Source of the DNA: Candidatus Saccharimonadota bacterium
Lineage (GTDB): Bacteria > Patescibacteriota > Gracilibacteria > UBA4473
Direction of reading: 5' to 3'
NCBI GenBank assembly: GCA_030429505.1
Contig: JAUIFI010000001.1
Coordinates: forward strand, 660,001-692,000
Length of the DNA: 32,000 nucleotides
Part shown: positions 16,287 to 23,435 of the stretch, piece by piece
How the letters are laid out: every line of letters begins with the position of its first letter
Position numbering within the stretch: the first letter of the stretch is position 1
The notes under the pieces: generated by a model
What the model saw: the letters and a program-made list of their open reading frames with translations, nothing else
What the model was told of the DNA's origin: nothing
Databases searched by the model: none
Position numbers and translations under genes: made by a program

Positions 16287-16478
16287 TTATTCGTTAAAAT
16301 TTACATTCATAATATAGTAAAAGGCAGTTACTTTTCCACCTATATTTCTATAAAGTTCAATATCAGATCGAAAAGCATCACTGAGACAATACTGTGGTTG
16401 AGGCGAAACGGATTGTATCGCTTGAAGTATCGTATTAAGCTTTTCAGAAAAGGATTGATAGAGAGCTTTATAATCCAT
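16287..16478 (-). CDS. Small ORF (63 aa from MDYK) 12 nt upstream of the endonuclease gene; doubtful
   Basis: Open frame ending in TAA at 16289-16287. No SD, no HTH-like segment, and an uncertain start (TTG at 16490 or ATG at 16478). Confidence 0.25.
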   Translation of the reverse strand: MDYKALYQSFSEKLNTILQAIQSVSPQPQYCLSDAFRSDIELYRNIGGKVTAFYYIMNVNFNE

Positions 16479-16572
16479 AAAGAAAAACAAAAAGTATGAA
16501 AAAAATAGTAATTTTCTCTCTTAATGCAAATGAGTTGCAATAAGAAAAAAAATAGTTAGAGTCTCCCTGCTC

Positions 16573-16992
16573 ATGGAAAAATTATATGATCGACTCCGAC
16601 AACAAGGACTGAGAATAACCCCTGTCCGACGAAGCATGCTCCAAGTCATGACCGAACACGGACAACCTATCACAGTTTTAGAACTACACGACCAGTTGCA
16701 TTGCCAAGGTCTCAAGCCTCACAAAGCCACACTTTACCGCCAACTCGAAACTCTGGTCGAACACGGCGTAGTGCAAACGGTGCAGCTCAGTGATGAAGTG
16801 ACCTACTATGAAATCCAAACCCATCACCATCATCATTTTACCTGTACGGATTGTCAGTCTATCCATTGCATCACAGATGAAAGATTGGAAGATCAGATCC
16901 ACGATCTAGAACGAAAACTGGAACGCAGTGGGGTGACCTCGTGTCGTCATCATTTTTTCTTATCTGGTCTTTGCGCTGATTGCTCTGCGTAA
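16573..16992 (+). CDS. Fur-family metalloregulator (Zur/Nur-like)
   Basis: Winged-helix N-terminus (RITPVRRSMLQVMTEHGQPITVLELHDQL...KATLYRQLETLVEHGVV), then HHHHHFTCTDC...GLCADC, giving the His cluster plus two CxxC pairs typical of Fur proteins. Confidence 0.85.
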   Translation: MEKLYDRLRQQGLRITPVRRSMLQVMTEHGQPITVLELHDQLHCQGLKPHKATLYRQLETLVEHGVVQTVQLSDEVTYYEIQTHHHHHFTCTDCQSIHCITDERLEDQIHDLERKLERSGVTSCRHHFFLSGLCADCSA

Positions 16993-17005
16993 TTCTTTTT
17001 TCCCT

Positions 17006-17704
17006 ATGAATCAAACCCTCCTCAAGCTCAGGTATTATTTAGAAATTATCGCAGTACCGGTCTTTGTCTGGCTGGTGGCTCATCTATCAGGACACGGACT
17101 AATGATTCTCCTCGAAAGTGGTTATGACCACGCTCACCATCACGGGAGACATGAAGGAAGACATGGCTTTGATCTGCCTGCAATGCTGGAGTTTTTTCTA
17201 ACTGTGGAAGTACTGAGTGGAGTATTAATTCTACTTCTTTTCACTTGGCTGTGGCATCTTCCAGCGCTCAAAAAATGGGTGCCGTGTAGTCATGAACACT
17301 GTCACGGTGAGGTACCAATTTCACACACTCTAGCAATTGTAGCTCTGTGTCTTCATTTTTTTCCAGAAGCTGGAGTCAGGCATGAGCTTTTTCACGGCAT
17401 GATGAGTGGAGAAATGATAAGCATTCTGGGAGTAATTGGCTTTAGTGCCCATTTTTTCATCGACGTAATTGTAGCTCTGATGGTATCAAGCTACTGGAAA
17501 ACCAAGCAAGGCTTTGCTCTAAGCTTTGGTTCAATTGCAGTAGTATGGCTCGTAGCGTTTTTTACCGCTGAACCATTTGTTGATCACATTCCGACCTCTG
17601 CGGAAGGAATACTCTTCCTCATGAGTGCGTTCTTGCTCGCCATGTTTGTGCATAAACCGCACCACCCAGTGCTGAATTGCGAAGGATGTCAGAATCACCA
17701 TTGA
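17006..17704 (+). CDS. His/Cys-rich 6-TM membrane protein, candidate metal transporter
   Basis: It starts 13 nt after the Fur-family gene. About 6 TM helices are separated by the loops HAHHHGRHEGRHG and CSHEHCHGE, and the tail is HKPHHPVLNCEGCQNHH. Confidence 0.6.
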   Translation: MNQTLLKLRYYLEIIAVPVFVWLVAHLSGHGLMILLESGYDHAHHHGRHEGRHGFDLPAMLEFFLTVEVLSGVLILLLFTWLWHLPALKKWVPCSHEHCHGEVPISHTLAIVALCLHFFPEAGVRHELFHGMMSGEMISILGVIGFSAHFFIDVIVALMVSSYWKTKQGFALSFGSIAVVWLVAFFTAEPFVDHIPTSAEGILFLMSAFLLAMFVHKPHHPVLNCEGCQNHH

Positions 17705-17736
17705 TGTAGATAATGAGTTGAGACTAATATCAAAAG

Positions 17737-18489
17737 TTACGCAAGTACGGCTTTGACTTTGTTATTACCAGCTTTGGTAATACGGTATTTCTGAGTGAAG
17801 TATAACTCAGCAGTACTTAAGATTTCAAAATTTTCATTCTCAAGCTCGATTGTTTCTTCATCAAGAACTACTCCTCTGACTTTGTCCTGAACATAACTCA
17901 TGATAAGATTAGCTTTTTCAGGTGAATCATAATAAATGGCAAAAATTTGGCTTAGCTTAGAGGCATCCCTTTCTTCACAGTCTTTATACACCTCGTTGCT
18001 GAAAAAATAGCTTATGATCTGATTCCATTTTTCAGCCTCTTGAAGAACAAGAGAATAAAGCTTCTTCTGAGACTCATAAATATTATTAAATATCAAACTT
18101 TCAGTTTCTTCAGCTTCTTTGCCTGGGACAATCCTATCTGTAGATTCCCAAAGATATTCTATATGCTTTTTTAAATCATTAATGGCTTCAAGGTCAATTT
18201 CTACGTCAAACTCTTCCAATAAAGGAGACCATCTTTGAAATTCATAAATAAGTTTTTCGACTATATCTTGAGTGATGTAAAAAAAGTCATCCCAGCAGGC
18301 TTCTTCGAGCTCGTACCAAGCTATTAAAATTTCATCCTGTTTTAATAGTTTAATCAGACTGTCGTTTTTAGGATAAAGTATTAAGCTACTCTGAAATGCT
18401 TTTTGAAGATCTCTAATCCTGATTACTCCTTCTGAAATTTCTTCTAAAGTAGCTTGCGTATCGAAAATTTCGTGTCTTTCTATTTCCAT
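17737..18489 (-). CDS. Acidic, probably all-helical cytoplasmic hypothetical protein (250 aa)
   Basis: A long ORF in a low-GC stretch. No motif recognised. Confidence 0.55.
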   Translation of the reverse strand: MEIERHEIFDTQATLEEISEGVIRIRDLQKAFQSSLILYPKNDSLIKLLKQDEILIAWYELEEACWDDFFYITQDIVEKLIYEFQRWSPLLEEFDVEIDLEAINDLKKHIEYLWESTDRIVPGKEAEETESLIFNNIYESQKKLYSLVLQEAEKWNQIISYFFSNEVYKDCEERDASKLSQIFAIYYDSPEKANLIMSYVQDKVRGVVLDEETIELENENFEILSTAELYFTQKYRITKAGNNKVKAVLA

Positions 18490-18665
18490 CCATCTCTTTT
18501 TAAAACTTTTTCGATATAAGTCAATAAGTCTTAGCTATATGATTTTTTGTATATTTAGAGATTTATACATATACTACTTTTAGTCAGTATTAATGAATCT
18601 AAAGAGATCAATATTGAAAAAAATAAAACCTTCTTTAAACTCGTATTGTTTCTGTTTGGTTTTTC

Positions 18666-19376
18666 ATGAAAAAAATAATTTGGCTAGTGTTGATAGTGAT
18701 CGTCATCGTTGGAGTCGCCGGATATCAATGGTACATAGATCGTCTGGAAAAGAGTAAAGCCGAAGTCGCCCATGTGACGAATCGTGTCGTACAAGAACTT
18801 CCATCAGAAATCAAAGCTCAATACGAAGCAGATCAAGCCAAAGCCCAAGAAACTATGAAAGAAGTCATGGAAGAAATCGAAGTAGAAGAGCTACCAGCAC
18901 CGGAAAGTTTACCCGTAAACCCTGATCCAGTTGATACGCCAACCGAAGTCCCCATTATTGAACCAACGGAAGAAGAACCAACTCCAGTCAATGAAGAACC
19001 GCAAGAACTACCCAATACAAAACCCTCTATCCCCTCTCAGCAAGGAACATTCACCAAAGTCGATTTGATTCATTTTGCTAAAGGAACAGTCCAGACCGTA
19101 GCCAAAGACGATGCCGTGTATATCATCTTTTCAGAAGATTTTGAGACACCACGAGGACCAGATCTCTATGTCTTACTCGGAAAAGAGTCATCGATCAAAG
19201 ATAATGAAGTTCAAGAATCCGAAGCCTATAATCTGGGAGCTTTAGCAGAATTTAAAGGCACACAAGCCTACAAAGTTCCCATGGATATTTTTGAGCAATA
19301 CGACCATACCGTGATCATTTGGTGCCGAGCTTTTGATGAGTTATTTAGCACAGCTAATCTTGCTCCAATGCAGTAA
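18666..19376 (+). CDS. Membrane-anchored DM13-domain protein
   Basis: An N-terminal TM helix and a Pro/Glu-rich linker are followed by GTFTKVDLIHFAKGTVQTV...FETPRGPDLYVLLG...YDHTVIIWCRAFDELFSTANL. This matches the DM13 pattern (G.F...H...G, GPDL, vviWC..F...F). Confidence 0.7.
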   Translation: MKKIIWLVLIVIVIVGVAGYQWYIDRLEKSKAEVAHVTNRVVQELPSEIKAQYEADQAKAQETMKEVMEEIEVEELPAPESLPVNPDPVDTPTEVPIIEPTEEEPTPVNEEPQELPNTKPSIPSQQGTFTKVDLIHFAKGTVQTVAKDDAVYIIFSEDFETPRGPDLYVLLGKESSIKDNEVQESEAYNLGALAEFKGTQAYKVPMDIFEQYDHTVIIWCRAFDELFSTANLAPMQ

Positions 19377-19393
19377 TCTTTCCTTTTTTTCTC

Positions 19394-20536
19394 ATGTTTT
19401 TTCGATCTTGTATCGTTGTCAGTCTTTTCTTTCTCGCTGGATGCACCCCGATGACCAATTCACATACCCCTTCCCCTGAAACGCCTACAAATACATCGCC
19501 ATCTCTCTCAGAAAATACAGAGCAGGCTACCTTTGCTGGCGGATGCTTCTGGTGTATGGAACCAGCCTATCAGGAACATGAAGGTGTGATCGATGCAATC
19601 GTCGGCTACGCAGGAGGAAATGCATCAGATGCTTCGTATAAATTAGTAGCCAAGGGAATCACTAAACACCGAGAAGCCGTGCAAGTAACCTACAATCCCG
19701 AAAAAATATCCTATGAAGAATTAGTCGATATCTTTTGGCGACAAATTGATCCGACAGATTCGGGTGGACAGTTCGCCGATCGTGGATTCCAGTACACCAC
19801 CGCCATCTACTACCACAACGATGAGCAAAAAAATATCGCTGAAAAATCAAAGCAAAAACTTCAAGACAGCAAAAAGTTTGAAAAAGATATAGCCACAATC
19901 ATCCTCCCCTACACCACCTTCTTCTCCGCCGAAGAATATCATCAAGATTTTTATAAAAAAAGTGCTGATCACTACAAACGCTACAAAAAAGGTTCCGGTC
20001 GAGAAGATTTTATCGAAGAAAACTGGGCAAAGGAAGCCGCCTTACTATACAGCGAAGAGCAGGAAACATCAGATACGCCACGCCAAGAATACGAATACAC
20101 CCCCGAAGAAATCGCCAAAAAACGAGCCAATCTCGATCCGCTTTCTTATCATGTGATTACGGAAGGAGGCACAGAACAGCCATTTGAAAACACTTACTGG
20201 GACAACAAAGCCGAAGGAATCTATGTCGATAAAGTTAGTGGTGAACCACTTTTTTCATCCACCCATAAATATGATTCAGGAACAGGGTGGCCGAGCTTTT
20301 ATAAAACCCTAAAAGAAGACAGCGTGACCTATCATGAAGATGATACCCTGCCCGTTACACGGACCGAAATCAAATCAAAGATGGGAGAAAGTCATCTCGG
20401 ACATGTCTTTGACGATGGACCGGAAGACCAGGGAGGGCAACGATTTTGCACCAACTCAGCATCTCTTCTCTTCGTACCAAAAGAAGAGATGAAAGAAAAG
20501 GGATATGAGGAGTATTTGTACCTTTTTGAAGAATAA
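19394..20536 (+). CDS. msrAB: Exported (lipoprotein) bifunctional peptide-methionine sulfoxide reductase MsrA-MsrB
   Basis: Lipobox FFLAGC. The MsrA active site is GGCFWCMEPAY. The MsrB part reads GIYVDKVSGEPLFSSTHKYDSGTGWPSF...HLGHVFDDGP...RFCTNSASL. Confidence 0.9.
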   Translation: MFFRSCIVVSLFFLAGCTPMTNSHTPSPETPTNTSPSLSENTEQATFAGGCFWCMEPAYQEHEGVIDAIVGYAGGNASDASYKLVAKGITKHREAVQVTYNPEKISYEELVDIFWRQIDPTDSGGQFADRGFQYTTAIYYHNDEQKNIAEKSKQKLQDSKKFEKDIATIILPYTTFFSAEEYHQDFYKKSADHYKRYKKGSGREDFIEENWAKEAALLYSEEQETSDTPRQEYEYTPEEIAKKRANLDPLSYHVITEGGTEQPFENTYWDNKAEGIYVDKVSGEPLFSSTHKYDSGTGWPSFYKTLKEDSVTYHEDDTLPVTRTEIKSKMGESHLGHVFDDGPEDQGGQRFCTNSASLLFVPKEEMKEKGYEEYLYLFEE

Positions 20537-20539
20537 AAA

Positions 20540-20734
20540 CTATTTCTTCGTTGCTAAAAAAGCATACCCAACTGCCGCAATAAAGATAAAGAGACTAATG
20601 TAATATTCCACATCTCCACCAGCATTGATTTGAAAAGCCAGAGCCGCAGAAAAATAAACAATAGCAACTAAAAAAATCGTCTGAATAAAGTTCAAAAGGA
20701 ATGTCATAAAAGAAGTATGAAGAATCAAGTTCAC
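20540..20734 (-). CDS. Small 2-TM membrane protein; doubtful
   Basis: The ORF has two hydrophobic segments. Another ORF (20595..20792) overlaps it in a different frame. Confidence 0.3.
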   Translation of the reverse strand: MNLILHTSFMTFLLNFIQTIFLVAIVYFSAALAFQINAGGDVEYYISLFIFIAAVGYAFLATKK

Positions 20735-20806
20735 TATATACTGTGAGAAAATATTTTAGCAAGTAGTTGAATAAAAAATAGGCGCTCCCCAAGAAAGGTT
20801 ATGCGC

Positions 20807-21385
20807 CTATATATTTCGAGAAATACTTTTTCTCGAACGATAAAATCCGGCAATGGCAAGACAAAAAGATATCCCTTGCTGAAAGACTAATAAATTTTTG
20901 TCTTGAAGGAGCATAAGTGTACCAGTACTTGCATTCATAAGCACAAAAAGCAACCACCCTGACGATTTTTGCCTAGCAAGCAAACGAGTTCCAACAAGAA
21001 AACCGATCATAGTGCCAATTTCACAGAAAAAAATAAGAATATCTCCAAAATAAAAACAAACACTATAAATCAATCCCATGAAAGGAAAACTCCAAAAAAA
21101 AATTCTGGATATTTTCTCAATCCATCCCACAGTATTACCTCTCACTCCAAACGCCAAAACAAGACCAAGTACCATAGAAGGAAGCCCACCAAATCCAACC
21201 CCTATCATAATCCAGTTCTGTTCTTGGAAAAGAATAATAGTCCAAGCCACCAAACCAATAATGTCAGCTGTCCATGCTGTGATTCTCAATTTTCTGGCAC
21301 TTTCACACCCTTCCGCCAGAAAAAGAAAAATCTTATGAAAGAGGTAACCGAGACCTCCACATATCTGGAGAAAAATGTCCAACAA
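20807..21385 (-). CDS. Polytopic membrane protein (about 6 TM), hypothetical
   Basis: Hydrophobic throughout. The listed start is TTG and there is no nearby in-frame ATG. Confidence 0.5.
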   Translation of the reverse strand: MLDIFLQICGGLGYLFHKIFLFLAEGCESARKLRITAWTADIIGLVAWTIILFQEQNWIMIGVGFGGLPSMVLGLVLAFGVRGNTVGWIEKISRIFFWSFPFMGLIYSVCFYFGDILIFFCEIGTMIGFLVGTRLLARQKSSGWLLFVLMNASTGTLMLLQDKNLLVFQQGISFCLAIAGFYRSRKSISRNI

Positions 21386-21512
21386 AGCCTCCTTTTTTAG
21401 GTATCTTTAAAGAACAAAAGCCAAAAGTGAAAAATTCATTCACCACAAAGCCATAAGAAAATAAAACTATTAAAGAATATTGTCAAAGAAGAAACAAAAA
21501 ATAAAGAGACTT

Positions 21513-22013
21513 ATGAGAAACAAACAAGACATGATAATATCAAAACGTTCGGTGCAAAACACCATGACAAAAAAAAGTCCTCTCTCAAAAACAATCAGTC
21601 CCAACATGACCTTTTTGGCTGATCATTTTATCCGCCAACACGAAAACCAAAAGAAACACCGAGAGCAATTCGATCAAAAAGTAAGTTGGTTTTTGATGTT
21701 TGAGTCAGCAGTCCTTATTTGGTTTTTGGATAAGCCACCAATCTTTCCAGGCATACTTATCGTCAGCATAATTCTAAACACCATCGCCGTCTTTCCCAGA
21801 AGCTTTCGAGTTGCCTATAGACCCGAACACATTGTGGATCAGTTCTGGAAAAACGAAATAGACATAGAAAGCGCTCAAGCTCACATGATAGTTCAAACCA
21901 CCGAAGCCATCAAAGAAAATAAAGAACTCTTTAAAGTAAAAGCCATATGTGCTACATTTGGAATCACTACCTTCATTACTTTCCTCATACTTCTCGTTAT
22001 CTTTGCCATATGA
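21513..22013 (+). CDS. Hypothetical membrane protein with a central TM hairpin and a C-terminal TM helix
   Basis: The listed start at 21480 is TTG, and the first ATG is at 21513. TM segments are VSWFLMFESAVLIWFL, FPGILIVSIILNTIAVF and ATFGITTFITFLILLVIFAI. Confidence 0.5.
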   Translation: MRNKQDMIISKRSVQNTMTKKSPLSKTISPNMTFLADHFIRQHENQKKHREQFDQKVSWFLMFESAVLIWFLDKPPIFPGILIVSIILNTIAVFPRSFRVAYRPEHIVDQFWKNEIDIESAQAHMIVQTTEAIKENKELFKVKAICATFGITTFITFLILLVIFAI

Positions 22014-22118
22014 CAGACCCCAAAACACCTCCCGCTCCACAACAACCAACACCAGACGATTACCAAACTGAAGGACTTTAAAATATCAGTACCCCAAAGA
22101 CGCACTTGAGACAATATC

Positions 22119-22520
22119 CTAGGTCAAATCAAAGAAAGGATTATACGCCACCTCCCACAAATGCTCATCCGGATCAGAAAAATAACCTGAATATCCACCC
22201 CAGAAAACTTTCTGCGGCTTTTTAATCAACTTCGCCCCAGCATCAAGAGCTTCTTGCATCACCACATCGACTTCTTTTTCAGAGCCAACGTTATGAGCCA
22301 ATGTCACTCGACGAAAGCCACTACCATCAGAAGAAATTTCAGCATCTTCTGCCAATTTATCCACAGGATAAAGCCCCAACCATGTCCCCTCCAGCATAAA
22401 AAAACAAACACTATCCGTATCCTCACCATCTTTCAGAGGAAACCCAAGTTTTTGATAAAACTCACGAGACCTTGAAATGTCAGCAACACCGAGAGTGATA
22501 AGAGAAATTTTGGGCTTCAT
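22119..22520 (-). CDS. VOC (glyoxalase/bleomycin-resistance/dioxygenase) superfamily protein
   Basis: MKPKISLITLGVADISRSREFYQKLGF...FSDPDEHLWEVAYNP is a typical VOC pattern. The start is taken at the internal ATG (22520) rather than 22604. Confidence 0.8.
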   Translation of the reverse strand: MKPKISLITLGVADISRSREFYQKLGFPLKDGEDTDSVCFFMLEGTWLGLYPVDKLAEDAEISSDGSGFRRVTLAHNVGSEKEVDVVMQEALDAGAKLIKKPQKVFWGGYSGYFSDPDEHLWEVAYNPFFDLT

Positions 22521-22598
22521 AGTGGAATGATAGCAATATTTCTCCCGAAAAAGAAGGTCGTGTACAATACACTTACTATTTCTTTTTTCTTTATCATT

Positions 22599-22982
22599 AT
22601 GCAAAAAAACCCTATCGGCTGGATCGAAATACCTGTGTCTGACTTAGACAGAGCAGAAAAATTTTATACTGATTTTTTTAGTTTTAAATGTGACCGTCAA
22701 CCGGAAAAAGATGGTTACACCATGAGCTGGTTTCCAATGGATATGAAAGGCTACGGATCAGCCGCCACTCTCATGCACGGAAAAGGTTACGCCCCTTCTC
22801 ACGAAGGACCAATCCTCTACTTCACAGCTCCCGAAGGACGTGTCGATAAAGCGCTGGAAAAAGCAAAAAAAATGAATATCAAAATCCTGCTCCCAAAAAC
22901 TGACATCGGAGAACACGGCTTTATGGCTTATATCGAAGATTCAGAAGGAAACAGAATAGCCATACATTCGATGGAGGGATAA
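22599..22982 (+). CDS. VOC (glyoxalase-like) superfamily protein
   Basis: IGWIEIPVSDLDRAEKFYTDFF...GFMAYIEDSEGNRIAIHS. The start is taken at the ATG at 22599 (MQKNPIGW). Confidence 0.8.
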   Translation: MQKNPIGWIEIPVSDLDRAEKFYTDFFSFKCDRQPEKDGYTMSWFPMDMKGYGSAATLMHGKGYAPSHEGPILYFTAPEGRVDKALEKAKKMNIKILLPKTDIGEHGFMAYIEDSEGNRIAIHSMEG

Positions 22983-23048
22983 AAAACATCCCCCATTAAA
23001 CGAGAATCTAAACAGGAAAAAAACTTTTCTCCAGTCGTAAGCTTATAC

Positions 23049-23435
23049 TCATTTTTTATTTCCATTTAAATACTCATTAACTTTTCTGACCACATCATTA
23101 AGCGTCCAATCTATTTTAACAAGATAATCATAGACTCCATTCCTCATAGATCGAACAATACTGTCATGATCTTGAAGGTTAGTCAGCATAATAACACCAA
23201 TATTTTTCCCTCGTTTATCTTCTCGCAACTTCTGAAACATCGTCAGACCATCCATCTTGGGCATGACTATATCAAGTAAAATCATATCAGGAGAATTTAA
23301 AAGAGCCATGCGAAGACCATCTTCTCCATTACTACATTCTACAATATAAAAACCTTCTTTTGAGAATTTATCTCGCAATGCTTCACGAAGTGAATCGTCA
23401 TCTTCGACAATAAGAATGGTCTTTTTAGTAGTCAT
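23049..23435 (-). CDS. Single-domain (CheY-like) response regulator
   Basis: Receiver motifs ILIVEDDD, the phospho-acceptor context MILLDIVMPKMDG, and a conserved Thr in VIMLTN. There is no output domain, and the 4-nt overlap with the kinase gene suggests coupling. Confidence 0.9.
   Translation of the reverse strand: MTTKKTILIVEDDDSLREALRDKFSKEGFYIVECSNGEDGLRMALLNSPDMILLDIVMPKMDGLTMFQKLREDKRGKNIGVIMLTNLQDHDSIVRSMRNGVYDYLVKIDWTLNDVVRKVNEYLNGNKK

Noticed and set aside
16287-16490. Controller (C) protein of the R-M system.
   Set aside because: The position fits, but the sequence has no helix-turn-helix-like segment and no RBS. It is kept only as a low-confidence ORF.
12700-16500. Calling the low-GC block a defined mobile element or prophage remnant.
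   Set aside because: The window has no integrase, transposase, recombinase or phage structural genes. Only composition and one direct repeat support mobility.
16525-16539. Fur/Zur box upstream of the Fur-family gene (TGCAA-N5-TTGCA).
   Set aside because: It has only 5-bp arms and does not resemble the classical 7-1-7 Fur or Zur consensus. It is mentioned as weak but not called as a feature.
20807-21385. PnuC-like nicotinamide riboside transporter assignment for the 192-aa membrane protein.
   Set aside because: Size and hydrophobicity fit, but I could not identify a diagnostic motif, and the start codon is uncertain.
21513-22013. Resemblance of this 2-TM protein to TM effector domains of anti-phage signalling systems.
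   Set aside because: The similarity is only a general architecture (an N-terminal helix with a D-x-K pattern followed by a TM hairpin). No cyclase or other sensor gene is adjacent.
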